A stretch of 64,000 nt of DNA from contig MU060667.1 in the NCBI GenBank assembly GCA_013265495.1, positions 372,001-436,000 on the forward strand. The letters are read 5' to 3'. This document shows, piece after piece, positions 12,190 through 24,099 of this stretch (position 1 is its first letter; each line of letters begins with the position of its first letter). The translations under genes were made by a program, and so were the position numbers. The notes below the pieces were generated by a model. It searched no databases. It worked only from the letters and a program-made list of their open reading frames with translations, and was not told the origin of the DNA. Source of the DNA: Vicugna vicugna (lineage: Eukaryota).

Positions 12190-12800
12190 TGTTAGTGGAT
12201 AGCAAGACCCCTAAATTAGGAGGCCCACCAAAGTGGGGCTCCTTGCCTCTGGCTCTGAAAGATTTCACAGCAGAGGCAGAGGAACAAAGTGAAAAAGCAG
12301 CTTTATTTCTCAAAAGAAGAAAAGAAAAGAAAGTGCTCCAGCAGGGAGAAGGGAAGAAATGTGCTTAAGCAGGGAAAGGAAGCACTTGAGTGGGAAGCCA
12401 TCAGCCAAGATAGCTGGTAGAAAGAGTTTCAGCCCAGGTGAGGCCACGTGGACTTCTATGAGAGGATTCTACCATCATGTCCTCGTTCCAGGTGTGATGG
12501 AGCCAATCAGCCCTTGTACGGTCTTTTCAGTCTTTGTATGGGCTTTTCTGGTTGTTGTCATGGCAGTTGTTAACTGTCCTGGTGGGTGTGTCATTTAGCA
12601 TGCTAATGAATTACAGTGAGTGCATAATGAGGATCAGAGTCTGCTGGAAGTCAAATCTTCCGCCGTTTTGGACTCTGTTGGTTCTAACCAGTTCTTGTTT
12701 CTTCTCATTGCAACTGCCTCCTGACACTTGGGAGAGAGTAATTGGTTTCTATTCAGGGGAGGAGGAGGGGTATGATCCTGGGGGCAACAGCCTTGGTAAC
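12190..12800 (-). mobile_element. ERV-type solo LTR (boundaries approximate)
   Basis: Begins tgttag. Minus-strand AATAAA at 12302-12307, and typical LTR U3/R composition. Confidence 0.55.
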
Positions 12801-13099
12801 AAATAGGAAAATTGCTTTTAATCAGAATGCCTGCAAGCTGGTGGATCCAGCATCCACCCCCCCCCAATCTTTGCCAAATATTCTGTTCAGCCATGAAAAT
12901 TTTAAAGGGAAATGAGGGAGTTATCTCAATTAATCATTGAGATAGTGGTCAGAGCCATTGCCATCCCCCAATGCCTGTAGGCTTGTCCTAATTAACTGAT
13001 TAAGCCTGATCCTCTATGACTTAGGGAGGGTAGGGAGACTTCAGCTTTTCTGTAAACAAGAGGCAGAGGTTGACGGGGGGGACCCACAGAGTCTTGCTC

Positions 13100-14010
13100 A
13101 ATATCAAGTGCAAACGAAATGTTCACAAAGATAGACCAATTTGGTAGATCATAATATAATTCTCAATTAATTTCCGAAGATTTCAATCTTATAAAATGTG
13201 TTTTTGACAACAGTAGAATTTAATTAGGAAGAAAAAAAAATTTAGGAAATTCCAAATTTGTATTATTAACACATTTATAAATAACAAATGGCTTACACTT
13301 CAAAAAATCACAAGGACAATCTAAAAAAATTTTAACTGGATGATAATGAACACATAGCATCAAAATTTGTAGCATGGAGCTAAACTGACACTTAACGGTA
13401 ATTTTCTATAAGAGACCTATATTTGAAAAGAAGAAATGTTTAAAATCAATTATCTAAGTTTTCACCTAAAGAAGCTAGGAAAAATAGTTGATTCTTTGAT
13501 TAGGTAAATGAAATGGATAAGCCTCCAGCAGGAATGATCAAGGGGAAAAAAATGAGCAAGTAGAAATTACCACTGTGAGATATAAAAAATGAGCAATACT
13601 GCATAATCCACAGACATTAAAAAATAAAAAGTGAAATATTATGAACAACTTTATGCCAATAAATTTGACAACTTGGAGGAAATGGACAAATTCTTTGAAA
13701 AACATGCCTTACTAAAACTGACTCATTAAGAAATAGAAAATTTAAATAGCCCTCTATCTATCAAAGAAATTACATTTATAGTTTAAAAATCTCTTAACAA
13801 AGAAAATTTCAAAATGGTTTCATGGTGGATTCTATCCAACAGTTATAAAGGGATAATACTATTTTGAAACAAACTCTTTTAGAAAACAGAGGAACAGAAA
13901 ATATTTTCTAACTCATTTTATGAAGCCAAAATAATCCTGATCTAAAACTGGACAGAGGCATGAAGGGAAAAGAAAATTACAGACCAGCATTCCTTGTGAA
14001 TTTAGACAGA
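13100..14010 (+). mobile_element. Degenerate L1 ORF2 fragment
   Basis: Typical L1 ORF2 segments (aatcaattatctaagttttcacctaaagaagctag; tatgccaataaatttgacaact..gaaatggacaaattc; aaagaaaattacagacca). Confidence 0.8.
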
Positions 14011-14264
14011 GAAATGTCTCTATTTGCCTTGTTCATAATTTGCCCTATTTGCCTTGTCAACATATCCACATAGATTAATAGATTTTTTTGCAATGCTTAA
14101 AATATTTATTTGTTAATTAGTAGTTGATTCTCCCACGTGGTTCCACAAGAGATTTGGAATAGCTGGCATTAAAAAAAAATCTCTTATACTTTGTATAAAT
14201 AAGTGTTGTATAAATATATAAAGAGGTTTCATTTTATTGTGGCTATTAAGTAGAGTTGTTTCTT

Positions 14265-14489
14265 TTTTTTTTAACATTTTTTATTGATTTATAACCATTT
14301 TACAATGTTGTGTCAAATTCCAGTGTTCAGCACAATTTTTCAGTCATTCATGGACATATACACACTCATTGGCACATTTTTTTCTCTGTGATTTATCATA
14401 ACATTTTGTGTATATTTCCCTGTGCTATACAGTGTAATCTTGTTTATCTATTCTACAATTTTGAAATCCCAGTCTATCCCTTCCCACCC
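14265..14489 (-). mobile_element. Short young L1 3' end with a 14-bp TSD
   Basis: TSD tagagttgtttctt at 14251-14264 and 14490-14503. Poly(T) tail followed by aacattttttattgatttata. Confidence 0.88.
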
Positions 14490-14514
14490 TAGAGTTGTTT
14501 CTTATGCTCTTTTT

Positions 14515-14780
14515 TCCCTCTTTTTGAAATTGAAGTATAGTTGATTTACAATGTTGTGTTAGTTTCAAGTGTACAGCAAAGTAACTCAGATACATATATA
14601 TTTTTTTTCAAATTCTTTTCCATTATAGGTTATTACAAGATATTGAACGTAGTTCCCTGTTCTATACAATAAGTCCTTGTTGTGTATCTATTTTATATAT
14701 AGTAGTTTGTATCTGCTAATCTCCTGGCTTAGCCCTCTCAACCCACTCTTTTCCCTTTGATAACCATAAGTTTGTTTTCT
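14515..14780 (-). mobile_element. L1 3' end (artiodactyl-type)
   Basis: ttgaagtatagttgatttacaatgttgtgttagtttc..gtgtacagcaaagt pattern. Confidence 0.8.
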
Positions 14781-15084
14781 ATGTCAATAGTTCTTCTTAA
14801 TGACCATTTGAAAGTAAGAGCTGCAGACATCATGACATTTCTTACTTAAATACTTAACATGTGTCTCCTAAGAATAAAGACGTTCTTCTACAAAACCATT
14901 CATTTATCACACCTAAAAATTTAACCGTTTTCTTATATCTTCTAATACCTGGTCCATATTCAAATTTCATCAAAATTCCAAAGTCCTTTATAGCTTTTAA
15001 AAAAATTATTTCAGAATTAGAATTCAGTCAAGGTTGACACTTGGTTGCTAAATCTCTTTGGACTCTTTTAACTAAGAACCCTAT

Positions 15085-16380
15085 GGATTAAAGACTTTGA
15101 ATGAAAGACCAGAAAGCATAAAACTCCTAGAAGAAGACATCAGTGGTAAGCTCCCCTACATAGGTCTTGGCAATGATGTTTTTAAATCTGACACCAAAAG
15201 CAAAAGCAACAAAAGAAAAACAAATGGAACTATATCGAACTACTGCACAGAAAAGAAAACCATCAACAAAATGAAAAGGCAGCCAACTGAATGGGAGAAA
15301 ATATTTGCAAATCCTATATCTGCTAAAGGTTAATATCCAAAATATGTAAAGAGCTCATCCAACTCAATAGTAAAAGCAAAACAAAACCAAAAATCCTGAA
15401 CAATTTGACTTAAAAGTGGGCAGAAGTTCTGAGTAGACATTTTTCTAAAGAAGACATACAGATGGTCGGCAGGTAAATAAAAAGATGCTCAACATCACTA
15501 ATCATCAGGGAAATGCAATCAAAACCATAAATAGCTATCACTTCACGCCTGTCAAAATGGGTATCATTAGAATATAAGAAATAAATGCTGGCGNNNNNNN
15601 NNNNNNNNNNNNNNNNNNNNNNNNNNNNNNNNNNNNNNNNNNNNNNNNNNNNNNNNNNNNNNNNNNNNNNNNNNNNNNNNNNNNNNNNNNNNNNNNNNNN
15701 NNNNNNNNNNNNNNNNNNNNNNNNNNNNNNNNNNNNNNNNNNCACTAACTCAGAACGGTGTCTGCACCCCCATGTTCATTGCGACATTACTTACGATAGC
15801 CAAGATATGGAAATAATCGAAGTGTCCATTGATGGATGAATGGATAAAGAAGATATAATGAAATATTACTGGTCAGAATACATAATAAATCTTAGCATTT
15901 GCAACAAGATGGATGGACCTAGAGGGGATTATGCTAAGTGAAATAAGTCAGACTGAGAAATATTTGTATATTGTACAATCTCACTTATATGTGGAATCTA
16001 AAAAAAACCACCCCCCAAACAAAAGTAAAACACCCTAGCTTATAGATACAGAGAAGACATTTGTGTGATTGCCAGAAGCCAAGATGGGTGGCACAGAGAA
16101 ATGGGTAAAGGTAAAAACTTCTAGTTATAAAATAAATATGTCCTAGGGTTGTAATGTATAGCATGGTGACTACAGTCACTAATATTGTATTGTATATTTG
16201 GAATTTAAAAGAATAGATCTTAAAAATTCTCATCACAAGAAAATCAATTTTTTGTAACTCCGTAAGATGACAGATGTTAACTAGATTTATGTAGTGATCA
16301 TTTTGCAATGTTTACAAATATTGAATCATTTTGTTGTATGCCTGAAACTAGTAAGTTATATGTCAATTAGACTTCGTAAA
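15085..16380 (+). mobile_element. L1 ORF2 3' portion and 3'UTR (contains N-run 15594-15742)
   Basis: aaaaggcagccaactgaatgggagaaaatatttgcaaat, aaaagatgctcaacatcactaatcatcagggaaatgcaa and gattatgctaagtgaaataagtcagac motifs. Confidence 0.85.
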
Positions 16381-19088
16381 ACCAAACTTAAAAAATGTCT
16401 CCCCTTTTTCTCATGGTATCAGTTTCCTAAAGAGTCAGGCCAGTTGTCCTGCAGGTGGACACTGTCCTCTGTGCCCTGGGACAGACACAGGCTGGGCAGT
16501 GAAGGGGCTGAGGAGCTGGCAGGCAGCCTCGAGGGGCAGGGGTGGGCCACCCAGCTTGACGCAGCCCTGGGTCCTCACTCCCACCCACTTCGCCTTCTCG
16601 CCCCTCGGCAATGCAGGTTGATGATTCGCACTCATTCTTTGGGAGGTTTAATCTGTTTTATTGAATTTTCAGATTCTCAGATCAATATCCATAATAATGC
16701 CCAGCAGAAATAAAATCCCACTCCAGGTAGTTTGCCAAACAGAGTTGATATTTACACATAGCTGGTTTCCCTGGACGGCTTTGAATGGCTCAATAAGTCT
16801 CAGCACAAGGCAGTTTATCACCTGTAGCTGCCTGGCACGGGAGACCAGGAAGCTGCACGCTGCTGCGTTCCAGGGGCCTCACTCCAGGGAAAGGCAGGGT
16901 GGGGACCACAGGAGCACGGGTCTGGGCTTGAGTCTCCAGGAGCCACCTCCAGGGTCCCCATGTAAGTTTTGAAACTCTTTACAATCTCCTTGGTTGTAAA
17001 AAGAGGTACCTAATAATAATAGCATCTCCCTACATTAGACAGGACAGTTACATGCCAACCTGGCCCTTAGACCCCACCAGGGCGACTGCTTGGCCACAGT
17101 GGGGTGGATCAAGGAGAGACAACTGAGTTGAGGTGCAGGGAACACTGTCATCCTCTGTTTTTCTCTCTGGGATTTTGAAGCAGGAGAAGTTGTCGCTCAG
17201 CGGAGGACATGGAGATGGAGAAGGTCGTTCAGGTGGGGACTTGCAGGGGATGCAACAGGCTGATGAGGAGGCAGGGGACTAGGCCTGGAGGGAAGCGGGA
17301 GAGGGGAGCTGATCAGCTTAAGAGGAGGCAGGAGGCCCAGAGGCTCCTGAAACACACCGTTGTGAGTTCCAGGCTCTTTGAGGCGCAGCCTCTTGTCCAC
17401 TTGTCCTTGGAGAGCCTTCTAGCCCTTGTAAGGAAGGGCCTCCTTAGTACCTGGCTGGTGGGGGAAGGTGAGGACCCCTCTAAATGAGAGCACTGGCCCA
17501 CCTGGAAGATTGTTGTGAGTTTGAAATGAGGAGATACATACACAGTGCCCAGCACGGGGTTTGGCATGAAGCGGGCAGAGAATGCTAATGCGGCCCCACC
17601 TCCTACCAGCAGGGCCTGCTTGGATGTGCAGGTTTGCAGCAAAGTTCACATGCCTGGGAGGACTGGAGGGCAACCCCCAGGCTTCCAGATGTCTAGCCAT
17701 TTTGTGGTTCTCCATTCCTTGGCTGAGGTCCCCTCATGAAGGACTGGTCACCCTTCCTCCTGCCCTCCCCTCTCATCCAACAGTAATTGGTACTGGGTGA
17801 GGTTGAAACAGAGTGGACACCAGGCACCAGCTAAGATACACCTCAGGTGACTTGGTGCTGGACAAGCAAGGACCCTGGCAGAGCCCAGTGTGACCTGCAG
17901 GTGTAGGTTGGCTAGCGTCTTATGTGCCCACATTGTAGAGAAGGATGAGCTCAGGCAAGTGTCTTAGAGGAAAGGGGGATGTGAGCTGGGCCTTAAAAAC
18001 AAGGAAGGCACATGACTGAGCTGAGGGCTCTGGGGTCCTGAGAATGGCTTGTTGGTGCTTCTGGAAGGCCAGGAAGGGGCTCTCCATTTATCTTCTCCCC
18101 TTAGCAGAAGATGTTGTGAAGTTAAGTGAGGCTTCCTTAGGACCAAGGGCAGGAAGTGGAAGGGGTCCACTCTGGGTGCAGGCAGCATGGGGCTGCATGG
18201 TCTATGAAAAGTATAAAAGCAATAACAAAACAGATTGAGTTGGTCTGCTTTTTACTGTCACCCTGCACTAGAGATCGAAACAATGTCAGTGATAGCGTAT
18301 TTTTTCCAGAAAAAAACAAAACAAAACACTTTGTTGGTTTAAGTTCTAAATAATTGCTCTGGTTGAGTTTTCATAATATATTTGTAAGCTTCAAATGAGC
18401 ACAATTTTATTAGTTACCCTTTAATAAACATTGGCTTCTACGTGGATGATCATTTGAGAACTCTCTTTCATACAGTCATTCCCTGACACACATGAAATTA
18501 GCGGCACATGTTACAAGGGTGAGTTCCTTGATTTAGAATCATTCAAGCTCCTTTCAGGCTCAGTACATGTTTCCAACCCCCACTGGAATAAACTGCTCAA
18601 GTCCAGTGATTAAAGTGAGAATTCCAGAACTTTAAGTGCTCATTAGTATTCAAAATTGAATGCAGTGGAACAGTGCAAACTGTGAGGTGTAACGCTTTTG
18701 TTAAGTAAGTGCAGATTTTAGTTCACATATGAACTATTTGGCAGAATTTGAATAGTCCCTTTAAAATCTAAATTTATATTTTTTACATGTTCATTGGTTA
18801 TTTTGGAAAGAAACAATAAATCAAGAAAATAAAACATTACCTCATTGCACGATTCAGTAATTGCCTAAATTGTACCCTTTGCAGATGTTTTTGCTTTATT
18901 AAAAGTCACTGGCTAGTTACAAGATAATTATTTATATAAAATATTATTACCTCAGCTTGTAAGTAGAGGATCAAAGTGCAAATTGCTAGGTAGGTATGAA
19001 AAGTATTGAAAAAACAGTTGAAGTTTTTCCTTTGAAGTACTGTAATATTTGATTTCTTTTCCTTTTCTTTCAAGTTTTTCTGAATTTT

Positions 19089-19111
19089 GTGTGTGTGTGT
19101 GTGTGTGTGTA
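19089..19111. repeat. (TG)n microsatellite
   Basis: Direct observation. Confidence 0.9.
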
Positions 19112-19172
19112 GTGCCAGCAAGAGAGATATTTCACTATCAGTGTACTTTTTCTGATCATTAATATTTTTCTG

Positions 19173-19382
19173 AAACTTACGGTTACCAGGGGGAAAGGAG
19201 GTGGGAAAGGATAAATTGGGAGTTCAAGATTTGCAAATATTAACTACTATATATAAAGTAGAGAAAAAAAATTCTTCTGTATAGCACAGAGAACTGTATG
19301 TAATTATATCCAATAACTTGTATAACCTATAATGAAAAAGCATATGAAAATGAATATATGTATGTATACGTATGGCTGAAAA
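19173..19382 (+). mobile_element. L1 3'UTR fragment truncated at both ends, with a 12-bp TSD
   Basis: TSD aatatttttctg at 19161-19172 and 19383-19394. Homologous to 4390-4580. Confidence 0.8.
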
Positions 19383-20699
19383 AATATTTTTCTGTGACAA
19401 GATTATTACTGAAAATGGTTTTGTCATCTAGAGGAGGGGCTGGTATAGATGACCCACCAGGGTGTCGGACCACTCGGTCCGCCACAGGGAGGCCCTCAGA
19501 AGCCAGCACCCTGCCTTGCCAGTCAGGTGGTGCTCACTGTGTGACCTTGGGCAGTCAGGAGACCTCTCTGTGCCTCAGCTTCTCTGTCTGGAAATGAAGA
19601 TAACCACCCTCTCAAGGTGACTGGGAGCCCCCAGTGGATCCGTCTCCAAACCCGAGCTGGCGGAGGTGTGAGAGAAGCCCCGTGGGAGCCCTGTGGTGTG
19701 AGGCCTTGGGCTCCAGCATTTTTGCAGAAGAAACATAAAAAAGATAAACCAGAACTAAAGAGATTGTTCGGGGCTGGAAAGAAGGTGTTTAAAAAGGAGC
19801 AGAAAGAGGGGTGAAATGGGAACAACTACACCTCAATAAAAAGTAAACAAACAAAAAAGAATATCTTGATTGAATATTGTAAGGCTAAAGACCAAAAAAT
19901 AGCGTACATCAGTACTGAAACCTGGTTATTAATGGGTTTCTTTCCAGGGTATGATTCGCAATTCTGAAACACTTTATGTGTATGCTAGAATTGAACAAAT
20001 AAATAAATAAATTGCAGATAATGAAAGCTGGGTTTCTCGCTGTTGGAGAAAGTACAAATAAGGAAAGGCGGAAGTCTAAAATAAACCCTGTAGTGTTAAA
20101 GTTTGAGACAGCGATTTGAACTTATGGCATTTAATAAAAATGCAGAAATAAACACACACGTGTGTGCGTGCATGAGCAAGTATTATACATATATTTCCTG
20201 GCTCTATCTGACGGGAGGATCTAGAAGCAATGGCACCCAGTAGCAGTAAGCACATGTAGGGCCCAGATCTTGGCTTGGAAACACCATTCTCCGATTAGAA
20301 GAACCAAGGATCCATGGAGAAATGGCTGATTCCAGGGCTGAGGCAGGAAAAATACAAGGGAAGTCTGGTAGTGCCAGAAAAGAAGTCCTCCAAACAACCA
20401 AACAAACAAAACATGGGGGAGGGCATATGAAAAGAACATAGGAGCCTACCTCCAAGAGCTCCCAATGGTCAAAACTAGAATCATTTGAACAACAAAATGA
20501 ATGATAGTGTCAAATTTTAACGCAAAGGATGAAATAAATATTCACCTGCCTATACTGATATAAGTTTAAATAACCAGATAAACACATAAATGGGAGAGAA
20601 GAGGCAGCTCTTCCTTACAGTAGAATTCCATTAATAAATGTAGGAGAAAAAAAGAGAAATTAGACGTCTCTATCTATCTCTAGCTCCATCTCTATCTCT

Positions 20700-21058
20700 G
20701 TATCTGTATCTATCTGAGAAATCCCAAGATCTGCAGTCAGCAAGCTGGAGACCCAGCAGAGCTGACAGTGTGGTTATAGTCTAAGTCCAAGTCCAAAAGC
20801 AGGAGATGGCCAATGTCCCAGTTTGAAGGCAGGCAGAGAAAGCAAATTCTCCCTTACTCTGCCTTTGTGTTCTTTTCAAACCTTCAGTTGATGAGACGTG
20901 GCCCATCACATTGGGAAGGGCAATCTGCTTTACTCAGTCTATTGACTCCAAAGTTAATCTCATCCAGAAACACTCTCATAGACACACCAGATTAATGTTT
21001 AATCAAATATCTGGTGTTCCATGGCCCAGTCAATTTGATACACAAAGTTAATCATCTC
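20700..21058 (-). mobile_element. MLT2-type (ERVL) LTR fragment
   Basis: gggaagggcaatctgctttactcagtcta...ttaatctcatccagaaacac...ggcccagtcaa.ttga.aca.aaa.ttaa.catc. Confidence 0.75.
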
Positions 21059-21059
21059 A

Positions 21060-21420
21060 GATGGCTCTTGGGTTCTTGCCTTAGTCAACTGGTGAATGGT
21101 GGTGCCATTTACTGAGATGAGAAAGACTAGGGGAGACAAAAGTTTGGGGATAAATATTAAATTGACAATGCTTATAAGACCTCCAGATAAGCTGTTAAGT
21201 ATTAGAGCCTAGAGTTCGTGGGTGAGGTGTACATTTGAGAGTCATCAGCACGTAGATAGGGTTTAAAGCCTTGAGGTGGTGTGAGCACACCTGGGGAGAG
21301 ACAATAGAGGGCAGGGATGATGACTGAGCCTGGGACCCTCCACCACTCAGAGGTCAGTGGGATGAGGAAGGGAGAGCAAAGAGACCAAGAAGGAACAGCC
21401 CTGAAGCCATCCACCCACTT
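21060..21420 (-). mobile_element. L2 LINE fragment
   Basis: ggtgaatggtggtgccatttactgagatg...atttgagagtcatcagca..tagat.g..tttaaagcc. Confidence 0.7.
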
Positions 21421-22146
21421 TTGTTTTCAGCACTGTCTGGGATGGCGGTTCACCAGTGGCAAATGTACTTAAGTGGACAGTCATCTGACCCACAGTTTTC
21501 TGGTTTGTTCAGCTCATCCCACTCCAGTAACATTCCCAGGTGCCTCCTATGTGTCAGTGCCCGAGCTGACACAGATGGGGACCTGCCAACAAGAGGCTCG
21601 CTGTCTAAAGGGGAGGTTGGCGCTTGGCGGATGGCTTCAGCACCTGGGGAGACAGTCCTCACTTACTGAAGCATGAATTCAACGACCACTGACCGAGTCC
21701 TGGCTTTGGGCCAGTTCCAACTTAAAAGAACCAAGAATGCGAAGTCAAATGAGACATGGCCCTGCTTTCTAGGAGGAACTCACTGGCTAGCGGGAAGACA
21801 GACCTGAACCGAAATTTCAGTAAAAGATGGTAAATTCTCTCATGGGAGACTTTATCAGATGCTATGCTGAAAGCTAGACCTAACTAGAAGGAAAGGAATC
21901 CAGGTTGATTTGGCAGGAAATTGACCACCATCTGCGTCCCTGCCTCTCTCCCCAAAATCTCATGGTCAGTGTGTGATGCAAATGCCATCTCCAGGAGGAA
22001 ATGAGTCATTTTATTTCATTTTATTTTTATAACCAGCGTATTTAACGGAGCTGTTCCCGTTTTCCAATACCTGGTAAGTCAGGCAGACAAAGTTGAGCAG
22101 ATGCAGACATAGCTACACAGGCAAAACACACACACACACACGCGTG

Positions 22147-23127
22147 TACACACACACACTCACACACACATGCGCGCGCGCCCTGTTTTCTGGCTTCCAA
22201 ATTTCTTAAGTGTTAGGTCATTTTCTTCCTTTGCCAAATGGCTGTCTGCCGAGTGCTGGGGAGGCCCATAAATCGTCCCGCCCGTAATATAAAACACAGC
22301 CCTTATTGACAGCAGGCCTGCTCGTAGAAGCCGTGCTGCCAGCTCATAAAGCGGGGCCCAGTGTCATTCCCACCGAGCCGAGGCAATAAAGGACACGGGG
22401 GAATTACCTCGCACTCCGGCAGCTGGCCGCGCTGCAGGGACGATGGCAGTGGGCCTAATGGGTCTTCCCTCCCCCGCCCCTCCGCCACCTTGTAAAGCAT
22501 TACAGTTCGACATCCTTCCTCCCCTGCCCCAGAGCAGTTTCTTTCAGGGAGAGAGGCATTTCCCTGAAAGAGGCTCTGTCCCCAAATCCCAAGCTGGCAC
22601 TGGAATCCAAAATGCCCCCACAGGAGGGAAGTGACTTATACACACACACACTCACACACACACGCGCGCGCGCCCTGTTTTCTGGCTTCCAAATTTCTTA
22701 AGTGTTAGGTCATGTTCTTCCTTTGCCAAATGGCTGTCTGCCGAGTGCTGGGGAGGCCCATAAATCGTCCCGCCCGTAATATAAAACACAGCCCTTATTG
22801 ACAGCAGGCCTGCTCGTAGAAGCCGTGCTGCCAGCTCATAAAGCGGGGCCCAGTGTCATTCCCACCGAGCCGAGGCAATAAAGGACACGGGGGAATTACC
22901 TCGCACTCCGGCAGCTGGCCGCGCTGCAGGGACGATGGCAGTGGGCCTAATGGGTCTTCCCTCCCCCGCCCCTCCGCCACCTTGTAAAGCATTACAGTTC
23001 GACATCCTTCCTCCCCTGCCCCAGAGCAGTTTCTTTCAGGGAGAGAGGCATTTCCCTGAAAGAGGCTCTGTCCCCAAATCCCAAGCTGGCACTGGAATCC
23101 AAAATGCCCCCACAGGAGGGAAGTGAC
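22147..23127 (+). repeat. Tandem duplication: 489-bp unit x2 (22147-22635 and 22639-23127; period 492)
   Basis: I found only two mismatches (22171 t / 22663 c, and gtcattttc / gtcatgttc). Identical ORFs at 22443 and 22935 are offset by 492. The spacer is 3 nt (tta). Confidence 0.97.
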
Positions 23128-23746
23128 ATCTTTGGCTCCCTGGCCACAGTGGCCCACAATGTGTGCCTGGGGCTTGTTTCCAGAAGGCTCGCTGCTGCCA
23201 CAACCCCATGCCCCTCCGCCCCACCATCAGACCTTCCCAGCCAGTGCCAAGGTGGGTGACCCCAGCTCAACTTGCTCTTTTCAGATCGCTGAGTGGCACA
23301 GCCCTGCTGGAACAAGACCCCCCTGGGGCAGACGGTTCCCCCATCAATTGGTGATCACCCTCAGAGGGTCCTCAGGGACAACTCACTCCCCAGTGACTGA
23401 CTATCCCAAACCTTCTTCACTTTTCTTGAGCTCCTCTGCCAGCAGACCACCTCAACTCCTATGTCAAGAGAAAGAATAGGAGCTCTGTTTTCTTCTTAGT
23501 GCCAAACCTACAAGCCCACCTCCATCTGTTAGCCTCCTGTTTCCTTTCCTCTTGTTCCAACAGAGATGCCAGCCTTCCTGCCATCTCAGGCTAGTCCTTC
23601 CTCCTTGCTGCCGCCCAGGTTTGGCCCCCACCATGCACACTGGTTAGCCCCACTCCCCCTTTGTCTACTGGGTTCTCCCTGTCAGCGGGATCCCTCTTGG
23701 TGACTCTCCAACATACTTAAATCTCCTATTTAAAAAAAAATCACAT

Positions 23747-23901
23747 GAGGGGCATGGATATAGCTCAGTGGTAGAGTCCATGCTTGGCATGCACAAGGTC
23801 CTGGGTTCAATCCCCAGTACCTCCATCCAAAAAGAAAGAAAGAAAGAAAATGACAAAATAAAAAAAATGCTAAAAATAAATTTAAAACAAAGAGCAGGAT
23901 G
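23747..23901 (+). mobile_element. tRNA-derived camelid SINE with TSD
   Basis: tatagctcagtggtagagtccatgcttggcatgcacaaggtcctgggttcaatccccagtacctcca with an A-rich tail. aaaaaaaatcacat is repeated on both sides. Confidence 0.88.
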
Positions 23902-24099
23902 TTAAAAAAAATCACATATAAACCCTCTCCAGCTATTGTTCTCTCTTTCCCTCTCCCCCTCTCCCCTTAGCTGGCACACTTCTTGAAAGAGTTGTCTCTC
24001 ATCGTCTGTCTTCACTTCCCACCTCCCACTCTCCTTGCGCACCTCACACACCAACACAGCTCCTGCTCCCGGGGCCAATGAGCTCATTCAGCCGGTGTA

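Noticed and set aside
13100-16380. Potentially active L1
   Set aside because: Fragmented, frameshifted and interrupted by other insertions; no intact ORF2.
22303-23157. Repeated ORFs of 63-120 aa suggesting a duplicated small gene
   Set aside because: They only reflect the tandem duplication. No splice structure or homology supports them.
23747-23830. tRNA-like sequences (also ~4920, ~51750 and ~60850)
   Set aside because: These are heads of tRNA-derived SINEs, with A-rich tails and TSDs and a degenerate cloverleaf; they are not tRNA genes.
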